Shown: positions 25,980 through 39,846 of the stretch, piece by piece | Numbering within the stretch: position 1 is the first letter of the stretch | Layout of the letters: each line of letters starts with the position of its first letter | Source: Octopus bimaculoides | Taxonomy: Eukaryota | Length of the DNA: 64,000 nucleotides | Direction: 5' to 3' | NCBI RefSeq assembly: GCF_001194135.2 | Contig: NC_068991.1 | Location: forward strand, 4,221,830 to 4,285,829 | Program-made: the position numbers and the translations under genes | The notes under the pieces: generated by a model | Databases searched by the model: none | Told to the model about the DNA's origin: nothing | What the model saw: only the letters and a program-made list of their open reading frames with translations

Positions 25980-26950
25980 TTAGTAAACTCTTCGAATCGA
26001 AAAGATATGGCGACGCCAAGAAAACTTTCCTAGAGCAAATAATGCGTAGAACTCAAGTCCCTCTACGCGAGAACGAAGGGGCGGAGACTGAGCATCTGGC
26101 GATGTGTCTTTCGTTTCTGGTTTAAGGGGCGAGGCTTGAATGCAATTCTCTCCGCGCTTTACATTATTTTTGTCATCATGCTGCCACTTTCTCGTAAATT
26201 GCGTTGGGTGATACGTTGTCGAATCCGACTTTGGTCACCCAATAACCTATACACAGTAAAATAATTAGTCGATCTTAGTGCATATTCCTGCCAATTGCTA
26301 CTAGCGTTCTTTCTGGAGACGCAAAGTACTGTGAGCAGCACAACTTTTGTAAGTTTCCAAATGAGTCGAACTCCGAAGCTTCCGGTTTCTACAATTCATA
26401 TATTAGATTAAAATTGTTAGATTTCTACGTTGCTTTTTCCTGGTTGTCAGAAAATGGCATCAGGCTACGGTTTATATTCAATATCACACTTGTATTTGCT
26501 GTTTAGTTACATTCTTCACTATTTCCTTGTTTGTTTATTTTTGCGCTTCCTAATGTTTTTGCCTCCATTGGTGTTAGTATTGCAGTTTCTACTTCAACAC
26601 TCTCTCTTACGAAATTATCCTTATCTCCATAGAACGACGTCAGTTTAGCACAACTGGTCAATGACTTCAATGAGACTGAAGCCTGTAATTGCTATGACAA
26701 TGACAGGATTGTTGCGAAATCTAAATTTGTGGGAAACGTTTTGTCTCTTACTCTTATCTGGTTTTACTCTCTCGTGTAAATCTACAGTCAACACTATGAT
26801 GACACTCTTGTCATCCGTGTTTCTCTTGAATAGAAGATGCGGTATTTGATACTAACGCACTTATGCTTCAAAACTATCTACACTAAACTGAACATGATGG
26901 CGACATAACGATAATAACCGTGTATGTTTCCGGATGACTGTGCGAAATAA
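25980..26950. promoter_or_regulatory. Promoter-like island
   Basis: GC boxes at 26078-26086 and 26126-26134, ETS-like CTTCCGG 26379-26385 and TTCCGGA 26928-26934, ATGGC(G) YY1-like motifs at 26007, 26451 and 26897; free of SINEs and microsatellites. Confidence 0.35.
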
Positions 26951-27249
26951 ACACCTCTCTATTATAAGTTAAAAGTATAAGAATATAAAGAGACAGAAAG
27001 TCGTATGAAACTAGCTGTCTATTAAGATACTACAGCGATGAATTATGTACGTATAACTATGTTTAGTACGAACTGCGGATTGAAAATATATGTGGAATAT
27101 TACATTCAACAACCAAAACTTTTACAGAAAATGACTATAGAATGATCCAATGTTATATCTCTATGCACACTGCATTTATTACCAGATTATAATATCAGAT
27201 AGTATTATAATAGCGAAAAAATATATAGTTATGCAGGATAACAGATTAG

Positions 27250-27304
27250 AGATCACAAATCAGAGATCAGAGGTCATTTATGAGGGGTCACAGTTCAGAG
27301 ATCA
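27250..27304 (+). repeat. Degenerate 7-bp tandem array containing six RG(G/T/A)TCA half-sites
   Basis: AGATCA 27250, AGATCA 27264, AGGTCA 27271, GGGTCA 27285, AGTTCA 27292, AGATCA 27299, all in the same 7-bp phase. Confidence 0.75.
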
Positions 27305-27611
27305 CAGAACGCGAATCATTGATCATTGATGAAATATAATATATATTATAGATTTTTCTATAGAAAGTGATAGCATAGTTGAAGTTAAAGAAGCAGAATA
27401 AGTGTTTAAAATTGGTCAGAGAAATGAGAAATCTTGGACATGCGAATAAATGTTGTTTTTTTCTCTCTCTCTGTTAGTAATAGAACTGCATCAAAATAGA
27501 TACTTAGGAATCTAGGAAACATTGACCCAAAGCGAATAGACTCGTGAGAACTAGCCCATCACTGAATATCAAGTGATGGCCCTAATAATTGGAGCAGCAG
27601 ATTTTATTATT

Positions 27612-27686
<75 letters not shown>

Positions 27687-27763
27687 CCTTTCTACTTATA
27701 ATAAGAATAATCCTAACCTACTACTTGTCACCTCCACACGTCCTTGATATCCTGGTCTAAATA

Positions 27764-27981
27764 AAAGCGGCGAGCTGGCAGTATCGTTACCGCACCGGAT
27801 AAAATGCTTCGCGACATTTCGTCCGTCTTTGCCAATTCCGAGTTCAAATTCTGTCGAGGTCGACTTTACTTTTCATCCTTTCGGCAGGCGATAAAATGAA
27901 TACCACTTGAGCACTGGGGTCGCATTAACCGACTTAACCCTCTCAACCGAACTTGCCGGCCTTGTGCTAGAAATTGGAGTC
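27764..27981 (+). mobile_element. Family B SINE, full length
   Basis: AAAGCGGCGAGCTGGCAG head; GAGTTCAAATTC.GTCGAGGTCGACTTTACTTTTCATCCTTTCGG; CCTTGTGCTAG tail. Confidence 0.85.
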
Positions 27982-28807
27982 AATCTTTAAATTAAAATTA
28001 TTGTTTGTAATTGCTTTGCAAAACCAACAAAAGACAAGTATTTTGGAAGGAGAGTACAATCACCCAACTCCACTACAGTATATTACTAATAACTATTCTA
28101 TAAAATTTAGAGTATGAGAATATAATAAGATCGCTTTATGTAGGAGTCTTACCACACAAGTTAAAAATCTACTGAAAATATCATTTTGAGAGTAAACATT
28201 GCTAAGGAATATCGGATTTTAATCTATTAGTCAATAAATCTGTATTATTTTGAAGCCATCGATAAAAAGTAAAATTCGCCTAAGAATTCTAATAAGACCG
28301 AAATATGTCAGGAATTATTGCCGCTCTGACATTGTTTCGGTATCAAAAGAAGTGGTTCTAGGATTAAAACATTCCTTCTTGCAGCCTCTGTATTTCTTTG
28401 TCATTCCGTGTCTGTAGCAGGTGCACCCCATACTCTCTCTCCCTTTCTCGCTGTCCTTCTCTCCCTCCTTCCCTCTCTCTCCCCTCTGTCTCTCTCTTCT
28501 TCTCTCTCCTTCTCTCTCCCTCTCTCTCCCCTTCTCCCCCTCTCTCGCACATACGCAATTTCTGTCTCACACAGTTGTACACTTTCCTTGTATTGCTCTA
28601 ATACATACACACGCTCATTTCTTCTCGCTCCTCACATGTATCTTTCTATCTCTCTCTTCTCTCTGTCTCTTCTCTCTCTCTCTCTTCTCACTCTCTCTCT
28701 TTCGCATATGCATACATTGTCTTTCTCTCACATGTATTCACTTTCTCCTAGCTTCTCCCTCTTTTTTCTCGCTCGTATAAACTCTCTTTGTTCCTCCATC
28801 TCTCGCT

Positions 28808-28857
<50 letters not shown>

Positions 28858-28858
28858 A

Positions 28859-28899
<41 letters not shown>

Positions 28900-29912
28900 C
28901 TCTCTCTATCTATCTATCTCTCTCTCCCTCTTTCCTACAATATTTTATGATCTTTTTTATGACATATGCTTCTTCCTGACAACAGACATCCTTTGTTTCC
29001 GATTCACTATAGTCATACATAAGGTTACGTTTCCAAATACGGTCTCATACTAGAAGGTTGTGCTCCAGCATGGTCTTGACATTGATGGCAAGTAAAACAA
29101 ACATACAGATCTAAAAAAAAAACAATATCATAAACATGATATCAATCATTTTCAAAATTATTAAAAAACGTAGTATTTGTTTATCTTTGTTGTATTCAAA
29201 ATTCACATATCATATAAGTTGAAAAAAAAAACTAATAATTTTACAAATTCAAAATTTTATTTATTTATAAATTCATTTACGTATTTTCATTTCATTATTC
29301 CTTTCAAGTGAATAAACACGTGAGTTACTAGAAGAAGGAAAATTATCTATTGAATTAGTCTCATAAATTTCATGTATTTATTTATTTTTCGCTTCTTAAT
29401 ATTCTATGAAAGCTTATATGTGAGTTTTGTTACAAAAATTTTGAGTGATGGAATAGCATGAGGATTACAGTGAATAGTAAAGGTAGAGGATTAAAACTTG
29501 TTCTTATCTTCAGTTCTTAGCAGAGGCTGAATGCAAACATTGAAGTCTGGATCTATATTTCTTACAAGAGAAATCTGTTTCTGCATTGGTAAGAAATATA
29601 TGCCTAATGGTCAATGTATTACGAAAGCAGAGGTAGTAAATAGTTTTATTAGACACTGGTAGTCCTGGCTAATATAAACGCGTGAAAAATTCGTGCAACT
29701 TCACCTCAAAGTATTAACTAAATAAATATTTACATTCATATACATACATACATACATTTATATATTCATATAAGTATACATAACAAATATGATAGATATG
29801 ATATACATGGTACACACATATATATATATATATAAAGAGAGTGCGAGAGAGAGAAAGAGAGAGAGAGAGATGGATAGTTAATGCGTACATGAATATATAT
29901 ATACATACACAG

Positions 29913-29946
<34 letters not shown>

Positions 29947-30031
29947 GGGAGGATTTACGAAAAAAACAACAACAGACGAGGACAGGTGGTGTAAACAACA
30001 AAAGGGTGTATTACTTTAACGNNNNNNNNNN

Positions 30032-30084
<53 letters not shown>

Positions 30085-30780
30085 GACATGAAGTAATTTT
30101 TTTGTTGAATTTTCTATCACTGAATAGTACATTAAGAAAAAGATTTAAAAATGAGAAACAGAGACAGGTAGAAACAAGCAAAATGAGAACTCTTCATTTT
30201 CGTCAGCTATGTTTACGTGAACGCCCATCTTAATTACATCACCCCCTGTTTGTTTTCCGACGATGGTCTGCAGTTTTTTTGTTACGGGCTTTGCTCTGAC
30301 CTCTACTGAGTATACAAACACAATTAGGTGAGGCTAACGTTTTCTACAATCCAGGTACACATTGAAATTCTTTGATAGCCCCGGGACATCCTTGATTGAG
30401 CTGTACTGTGATGAGAATTATTTGTGGCGCAACCATCCCGCCGTTTCAAAACAATGTTTCTAGGAGCAAATTCGTGATATCAAAGACATCAGGATACAGT
30501 TTCACAGAAATTTATTTGCTATTCCTCGTACCTCAATCATTCTCAGAGCAGAACATTGAACATTTTACCTTCGACTTCGGATTCTTATAATAACTTGTTG
30601 CGAATCTCCTTTCTTCTAAGCAATACTCAAACACCTTCAGTTTCCGCTTCAAATTCTGACAATCAAAAGTCACTTTCTACTTCCTTCTAACCGATTTTAT
30701 TCACTTCTTTCGGAAATTATGCAAATACGTTGCGAATCGTCATCTTACATTAATTGTATTGCTTATATTTGTTTCACATA

Positions 30781-30806
30781 TTTCTGTCGTTAGTTTGCTA
30801 TTATTA

Positions 30807-30866
<60 letters not shown>

Positions 30867-30895
30867 GTATTATTATTATTATTATTATTATTGCG
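30781..30895. repeat. (ATT)n microsatellite
   Basis: Directly visible. Confidence 0.95.
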
Positions 30896-32368
30896 GTATA
30901 TATATATATATATTTACTTGCTGCACTGTATGAATGTTTAATACTGCTTGCCTTTGAGATAGATCGAGAAGTTGTAGCTAGAATCGCTATTTTTGAAAAG
31001 TAGAAAATAGACGACCTGTACTCAGTCGCCAATGGAACATCAACTGTTGCCTTTCTCTTGTTTAACATTTACTTGCAAAATTTAACTTTGGTTTTTGTAA
31101 TAAGCGAATGTTCTGTTAATATACATGAGTTTAGAGACATTGTATATTTCCGCTGGATATCTTTGTCTGTTCTTAGTAGATATATATAGTGGTAGTCACA
31201 GCTGCGTGTTCAGAAAGATCATCTTTTAAAAACAATTTCAGGTTCAGTTCCATGCAGAGTACCTTTGGCAGGTGTCTTGTTCTATAGCACCAGACGGATC
31301 TATGCTCTGATCGAGCTGAATTGTTAGCACGCCGGACAACTTGCTTAGCAGCATTTCTTCTAGTTTTACGTTGAGTTCAAATACCGCCGAGATTAACTTG
31401 GCTTTGCAATCTTTTGGAGTGAATACAATAGGAGCCTCTTAAGCACAGGGGTCGATTTTAAACACGATTTTAGCTTCAGTTCCATGCACAGCATCTTGGG
31501 CAAGTGTCTTGTTCTATTGCACCAGACAGTCCTATGCTCTGTGTGAATGAATTTGGTAGAGGGAAACTATTAGTCTGAATCCAAACAAAGAAGAACAAAC
31601 AAGATCAAACAATACATGGTTTCTGCCTGTACCAGAGAGGACATTACTAGACTCTATGTGTTATATCATAGACGCCTTAGTTTTGGCTCCCATTGGCTAC
31701 CAGTAATATAAATGAAGTTAATACAGGTTCAAAATAACTAAAATGAATATGATGTCCTTGAAAAAACAAGAAAACGTACAACTGAAACAGTCTTGTAAAG
31801 AAAATAAATGAGCCAAATATGTGTATTTCAAAATAAAAGCACAAACAGATGAGGAAAACACGCGATGTTACCGAGATTTAAGGATGAATAACAACATGAA
31901 GAAGAGAAAAAAAATAATTAATTCAATAGATGAAAGCCGAAAACTTAATATAAAAATTTGTGCAAAATAAAAGATAAAAGTCTTTAGGCATTTGAACAAT
32001 GAAATCATCGAATTGAAAACTGCCCCAGACAAAGAATTTTTTGTTGTTTATCTTTATTTTTATTTATTTATTATTTTATTTTATTTTTTTGCTTTTTTCA
32101 GAGAAATGTTAGATGCAGAAATAATAACGTAAATATACATTCAAACGTATTGAAATATGCCAGGAACAAAGATATAACGAAATCTTATATTATCAAAACA
32201 CTTGACAGTTGAGTATAGGAAATGTTGTAGAGGCTATGAAGGAAGCTATAAGAGAAATGAAATCACATGGCATTGACAAACTTTACCATTTTCTGTGGGA
32301 ATGAAGAAAATATTTACGTCTCTTACGAAAAAACACACGGCTCAAAAGTTAATGTTTCCCTTAATGAT

Positions 32369-32590
32369 AATCCTTTCTGTTATAGGCACAAAACCAAAAA
32401 GGTTGTAAGAAAGAGGATTAGTATATTACATGTCCCCACCGTATATAACTGGTACTTATTTCATCGACTCCAAATGGTTGAAAAGCAAAGTTCAACCTCG
32501 GCTGAATATGAATTCTGGACGTAAAGGCGGACCAAATGCCGCGAAGCATCTTGTCCGCCGTCCTAATGATTCTGTCAGCTCCCTGCCTTT
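32369..32590 (-). mobile_element. Family B SINE
   Basis: CTGGTACTTATTTCATCGAC...GCAAAGTTCAACCTCGGC...CGTAAAGGCGGACCAAATGCCGC is the reverse complement of family B. Confidence 0.75.
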
Positions 32591-32875
32591 TACTCTTTTA
32601 CTGTTTCACTTGTTTCAGTCATTTGACTGCGGCCATACTGGAGCTACATGGATCAACAAGAGTTGATCTTGTGCTAAACATCAACAAAATATCGTTTATT
32701 TCAGCTGAAGAATAACGACTGTAACCCTACTCTGGACTTGCTAGATATATCAACCAATCATCATCGCATTTACAAGAAATAAAAGGACAGATTTCGTAAG
32801 GCAGCCTTACGAGATAAATAAATGAGTGAAATTGCCATGGAAAGAACGCTTTTCATTATAAGCCAACTACAAGGG

Positions 32876-33040
32876 AGAATCGTTAGCACACGGGGTGAAA
32901 TGCTTACCGGTATTTCGTCGGCCGCTACGTTCTGAGTTCAAATTCCGCCGAGGTCGACTTTGCATTTCATCCTTTCGGGGTCGATAAATTAAGCACTCCC
33001 CACAAATTTGAGATCTTGCACCTCCAGTAGAAAGGATTAT
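32876..33040 (+). mobile_element. Family B SINE
   Basis: GAATCGTTAGCAC...TACGTTCTGAGTTCAAATTCCGCCGAGGTCGACTTTGCATTTCATCCTTTCGGGGTCGATAAATTAAG. Confidence 0.88.
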
Positions 33041-33723
33041 AGGCCAACTACGCATTTATTTGTTTTACTTTGCCAAAAATGGAGCTACAATTTCAGGTTA
33101 TTTTTACTGTGAAGTAAAAGCAGGAAGACTGTGCTGATGTGGCATGCGCTATGTGACCAGGTCCGGATTTGCTTGTTAGTTTCATGTCCTGAGAAGTCGT
33201 GAAGAAGTAAATTTTCGTTATACACCATTGTTTGAACGGAGAAGGTCTCATTAAGACGAGTGGTTTACGGCAAATGGCGCAGCTGCTACACAATTACAAA
33301 AAAAAATGAAAGAGTAAAAGGACGAGAGAGGAGAAAGGGCAGAGACAGCAACAGTAAAAGATGAAGGAACCAAGGTTGCTGTTACTACTAGTGTTGCAAC
33401 CGTTGTTCTTACAAGACAAACATTAGGGCAGCAGCAGGGGCAGCAGCAATAGCAGCAACAGTAGTTCCAGTGACAGAGGAGCTGGCCCCTTTCTCGGTTC
33501 CATTTGTGCAAGAAAGCCACGTATGTATAGGTATGTATTAACAGACACACCTACTCTCAAATACACAGGCACACACACACACACCGACACATACAGGAGC
33601 ACACACTCCACGCACACTGACCCATATGCACGCCCATGTATATATATCACATTGACACACATAATTGTGTGTAGTTGTCCTCCACTCATTTCGTTATAGT
33701 TTTCTATGAAATGTTAAGTAACC

Positions 33724-33807
<84 letters not shown>

Positions 33808-33912
33808 AAAGAAGAAGAAGAAGAAGAAGAAGAAGAAGAAGAAGAAGAAGAAGAAGAAGAAGAAGAAGAAGAAGAAGAAGAAGAAGAAGAAGAAGAAGAA
33901 GAAGAAGAAGAC
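33724..33912. repeat. Compound (CAG)n(TAG)n(AAG)n
   Basis: Directly visible. Confidence 0.97.
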
Positions 33913-34430
33913 GAAAAGCAAGGAGGAAGAGAGATAATGTGTGAATAAAATGGCGAATCAAAATAGTGATTAAAAGCAAAAGATGAGGTTGGCAGAGTGA
34001 GATTAGCGGGCGAGGTAATAAAAACACAAATAATAGGAATACCGGAGCAAAACCGTGCAAGAAAGCAAAGAACAACAAGAGAAGCAACTAAATATACAAT
34101 AATATGTAAACAGCAAGATAACTACAAGATTAGTTGTAAATTAATTATAGAACATCATAATAGCTTTAGCAGGATAATAGAAAACAAGCAGTGCTGATGA
34201 GTGTATATCGTGTTGAAATTGCGAAGTTTCTGTTGCCAGGAGCTTGAGCGCAAATGATTTGTTTGTGAGAATTATTGTTTGAGAGTACATACATCCCACG
34301 CATATATATTTATGCATATGTGTATATGTTTATAAGTATGTGCATACATACATATATACATACATGTATACACACATGTACACATACCTACATGCATACA
34401 TATATATGTGTGTGTGCATATATATATATC

Positions 34431-34513
<83 letters not shown>

Positions 34514-34735
34514 TAGTAGAGATACGCGGCCTTGTGATTGCAGCCATGCTGGAGCACCGCCGTTTATCGAACAAATTGAATACAGGATTTATTCTATCAA
34601 TGTCCCTTGCTGAACAGCTAAATTATGGGTACGTAAACACCGCAACACCTGTGCTATAGTGACTGACCCCAAAATACATGAAATACGACACAACGAACTC
34701 AAAGCCTTCTTCACAATGCAGAAATATCCTGCCCT

Positions 34736-34915
34736 CGTCACGCCACAGTTACAGCTTGGCGCCAGTGACGTCGCAACTCATTTCTAAAGCTGAGTGAACT
34801 TGAGCGATGTGAAATAAAGTGTGTTGCACAAGAACACAGTACACATTCTGATCGGGGAATCGAACTCACTAACTCATGATTGAAAGACCAACGCTCGAAC
34901 CACTTAGCCATAATG
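34736..34915 (-). mobile_element. Family A SINE head plus CORE
   Basis: GCTGAGTGAACTTGAGCGATGTGAAATAAAGTGTGTTGCACAAGAACAC...GGGAATCGAACTCAC...AACCACTTAGCCAT. Confidence 0.75.
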
Positions 34916-35805
34916 CTCATTAATCCCTATGCTTCCCCTTGGTTTTATTCCAACACGTAGCTTCTTTATGTAACATGACATCATTATTCTTAATTAATTT
35001 TCATATCCTAAAGGTTGTCTTGGCGCATTTTTCTGATCCGAATCTCATATCAGCTCCATTAACGGTGTGTAGCAATACTCTCAGGTATTTATCACGTGTT
35101 GCATATACGAGTTTAAGTCAACCATATTAAAATGGCGGCTACATATAAATCGAATCATAGTTAACGATGTCAAGCAAAAAAGGGGAGTGTAGGAATCCTC
35201 TTGAAATATCAACACCCTTGATTTGTTTGCATTTTTAGAATTATTTACAGTTTGTTCTTGACAAGTTTGATGTATCGACTTGATTTTCGTATGAGGATAT
35301 TCGCGTCTAATATTTCCTAAACGCGCTAGTGAAGTAGACTCGGGTGATCAATTATAGCCAGCGATATCATTGCTGTTAAGGATATGTTAGTTCTAAGTAT
35401 GGATATTAAGAGTCTGTAGTTTTAGTTATTTGATGTTTCTGTAACCCTAGCGAATCAAAATCGATCTCTTTCGGTGAATCTATTAGGTGTTTTAGCAACA
35501 ATTTCAATCGATCGTTAAATATTCCTCTCAGCGATTTCTGTGCGACTATCAAATATTTCAGTCAAAATTTTGATAATATATAACATTACGTTGCATTCTA
35601 GTTGACCATAATTCGTGGCATCTGAACTCATCTGAACTTCGATTGATTAGCACATTTGTCTCTGTCGTATTCTGCAATGACCAGAGCTAATACTCTCCAC
35701 AATATTTCAATTTTCGTTTCTGATGGTGGTGGTGGTGGTGGTGGTGGTAGTCCGTAGAATTCTTGGAATAACTTGTTTTAAATGTCTCACGTCATTTTCA
35801 CATTT

Positions 35806-36010
35806 TTTTACTTGCTTCAGTCATTTGACAGTGGCCATGCGGGAGCCCTGCCTTTAGCCAAAGAAATGGACCCCAAGACATATTCTTTATACGCCTAGTA
35901 CTTATTTTATCGGTATGTTTTGCCGAACTGCGAGGTTACAAAGGCGTAAAAACACTAACATCGGTTGTCAAGTGATTGTGGGGGAACAAACACAGACAAA
36001 TACATACAGG

Positions 36011-36062
<52 letters not shown>

Positions 36063-36245
36063 TTACGAGAGGTAATGGTGTCAATAAGACCCCGGAAACA
36101 GCTGTAAGCCCTATTTATAAATGTTGTAAAATCTTCACAGCCTTGGTTTCTTTATCTCATTCTGAAAAAAATTATATATATATATACGACAAGCTTCTTT
36201 CAGTTTCCGTCTACCAAATCCACTCGCAAAGCTTTGGTCGGCCCG
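35806..36245 (-). mobile_element. Family C SINE with internal microsatellite
   Basis: TTACTTGCTTCAGTCATTTGAC.GTGGCCATGC.GGAGC tail and CTTCTTTCAGTTTCCGTCTACCAAATCCACTC body; reverse complement of 50394-50793. Confidence 0.85.
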
Positions 36246-37608
36246 TAGATATAGGAAATTGCCTCCTTTACAGCAGAAAACACAGAAGACAACAGCGTCA
36301 ACCTCATTCATTTACTAAATAACACATATCAGAGGTTGTTCTAAGTACTGAAAGTCTAACAAAGCTAAGAACGGTGCCCCAGCATGGCCACAGCTCTGGA
36401 GCTGAAACTAGTTACAAAGTTAAAGAGTTACATACTACCATACTTTGACGAAATGTGGTTAGGAAACATGCCAAGCATGATTTCATTTGCAGATTTTTTT
36501 CCTTTATTTCTTATCTACGCTTATCTCACCAGAAGAAACTTTTATTTGCAAAAAAATAAAATAGAAAAATAGAAATTGTTTATCATTCGCATAAACCTTT
36601 CCGGTTACTTGGCACAATTTTTATTCGATCTCAGCTAGAAGCGACCACCCAGTCCACCAAATATTAAAATAGGAAAACAAAAAATTTTTTATGCATTTCT
36701 TTCGTTTTCTAAGCTTTTTGAAAGACCGTGAGGTAATTCCTGACTTTCTCCAGCTGCTGCTTTGTAATTCTTTTTTACTTCGCTGGGACAGGTTGTATCA
36801 GGAAATCATGTGCGCGTTTAGTGTTGTTTGCTTAAATTAAATCTGGATATTTGACAGGAGTGTTGTTGCGTGTATGATATTTTAAAATCCACCATATTCT
36901 TGAGGATTATATTGATGAGGAACAAGGGGGAAAGGTATGAGAGGGAGAGGAGATGTTTGGCAAAAGCGAAAAGAAAAGTTGTTTTGGGAATTATTGTTGT
37001 TTTCATTGTTATGTTTTGTTTTTTCAGAAACGGTATAAACAATTACATTTTTTATGTTTACTGTTAATAAAATCTCTGCTGCTATAATTGGTTGTCAATT
37101 AGGATTATGGATCTAACAATAACGCCAAGACCGGTATTCAAAATGCAATATCGATCCATATAGAGAGATACGGGTAGTCAAACAATCAGCCATACATTCA
37201 TACATATACACACATATATATAAAATAGAGATGCATGATTTTACTACGCGCCCTGTCAACAATGATCCGACACGATTAATTTCTTCTTCCTAACCTAAGT
37301 AGCAGACAAACAGAATGATATTCTATATTTCGATACATGATACAATATATCGTCTAACAGCGAAGTGTATTTTTCTTTAGTTTTATGTTCTCATTTTCTT
37401 CCTTTCTTTCGTTTCATTCCGACTTTCTTCCGTTCATTTTTCTCTCATTTATCTTTCTCCTCAATATAATTTTACCAATACAAAACTTACTGATTCTGTC
37501 ATCTCTCAACCTTCATCGTTATCGCTTTGAGAGCAAAGCGCTTAGGCAATCATCGGAATCCAAATAACTCTTTATATACATATGCATGCGTGCGAATGTG
37601 TATCTACG

Positions 37609-37668
<60 letters not shown>

Positions 37669-37678
37669 NNNNNNNNNN

Positions 37679-37735
<57 letters not shown>

Positions 37736-38799
37736 ATACATTATATATATATACCTGAGGAGTATATAAATCATGAAAACTCAGGAGGTATGAAACGTGA
37801 ATATGTTTATTAAACACTTGTTATCCTTAAGATTACGACCGTTGAGTTGATGAGGGTTATGTATGCATGTATGCATGTACTTATTGATTGATGCATGGAT
37901 GCATGGAAGCATGTATGAGTGTATGTATGTATTATTTTACATGGGATGATTTCCATTATTTCTTTTGGTGCGGTCAGTCGGCGAAAAAATAGTTTAGCCT
38001 ATACCACTAGTCATTTGAGCAATTATCTTGATTTATCACGGAAGAAAGCAACTGATTTATCATGGATGAAAGCAACTATCTTGTTGCATAATAATGAACA
38101 TCACGACGTTCAACGCAACAATAAGTAATTTAACAAAACGACGTGACTTTTGCCGAGAGTATTTTGAGATTTTGCACTTCCTGTTGTTTGGTATATTTCG
38201 TTGAAATGTGTCTTCGCACACATTGAGGTTTTTTAAAGATGAAAGTGTTAAAAACAGTGCAGAGATGAGGTTAGGAACTAAAAAAAAATAAATATTAAGT
38301 AAAAGCGAATGGAAGCATAGGTACATTTCTGTTCTCGTTAAATGTGAGTTGGCTGATTAAAGGTAGAATGCTTTTACCTCATTTTATTCAAGATTTCTAT
38401 TTTAACGAAAGATTTCTTAATCGAATCTAATGAGCTAAGAAATACCAAATTTAATTAAGGCGACTGAAATTTTGGTAAAAAAAAAAATTAATTAAATTAC
38501 AACAAAACGCAAAAGAATATATTTGAAATGGTAAAAAAAAAACAGGAGTGAATGAATATAACAGAACAATAATAAACATGCAGAAATAACGTAAAATAAG
38601 CATAAAAATAAAAGATGGAACCAAACACATCAAGACAATGGAGTCAGCACCAACAAGGTATCAAGAGCAACAACAACAACAACAACAACGGCGACGACAA
38701 AAGGAATAATAATCATAATAAACAAAACAATAACAACAACATTAGCTTTGGAATAATAACACTCAAAAACCAAATAAGTATTAACTACTACTACAACCA

Positions 38800-38835
<36 letters not shown>

Positions 38836-39044
38836 TCGTTATTTTTATCATTATTATTGTTAGTAAGTAGTATTGTTATTATTAGTATTATCAGAGAATA
38901 GAAAAATACTTTTTACTCAATGACTCAAAAGAACATTTAATGAAAAGGATGAGACAATAATGTTGAAATAAGAAAGACATTTTTTTCTTATGAAACACGA
39001 GAAAACAAAAGATGGAGAGAAAGGGATATGGAGAGCAAGGGAGG

Positions 39045-39124
<80 letters not shown>

Positions 39125-39481
39125 NNNNNNNNNNNNNNNNNNNNNNNNNNNNNNNNNNNNNNNNNNNNNNNNNNNNNNNNNNNNNNNNNNNNNNNNNNNN
39201 NNNNNNNNNNNNNNNNNNNNNNNNNNNNNNNNNNNNNNNNNNNNNNNNNNNNNNNNNNNNNNNNNNNNNNNNNNNNNNNNNNNNNNNNNNNNNNNNNNNN
39301 NNNNNNNNNNNNNNNNNNNNNNNNNNNNNNNNNNNNNNNNNNNNNNNNNNNNNNNNNNNNNNNNNNNNNNNNNNNNNNNNNNNNNNNNNNNNNNNNNNNN
39401 NNNNNNNNNNNNNNNNNNNNNNNNNNNNNNNNNNNNNNNNNNNNNNNNNNNNNNNNNNNNNNNNNNNNNNNNNNNNNNNNN

Positions 39482-39632
39482 CATCATCATCATCATCATC
39501 ATCATCTTCATCATCATCATCTTCATCATCATCATCATCATCATTATCGTCGTCGTTGTCGTCGTCGTCGTCGTCGTCATCATCATCATCATCATGATCA
39601 TCATCATCATCGTCATCATGATCATCATCATC

Positions 39633-39675
<43 letters not shown>

Positions 39676-39814
39676 ATATTCAGCGTCGGCGTCAACTTCT
39701 GAATCATGCTCCTCATTATCGTCGTCCTCGTCGTCGTCCTCGTCATCATCATCACCACTGTTACAATAACCATTGAAACGCCGCAAACACGACCGCCACG
39801 AGTCATCATCATCG

Positions 39815-39846
<32 letters not shown>

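Noticed and set aside
29521-30470. Candidate exons QRLNANIEVWIYISYKRNLFLH and YTLKFFDSPGTSLIELYCDENYLW...
   Set aside because: Phase-compatible, but no domain was recognised and there is no independent support.
32230-32283. EAIREMK..GIDKL resembling the N-terminal edge of a LINE reverse transcriptase
   Set aside because: Only about 18 codons with no downstream RT motifs.
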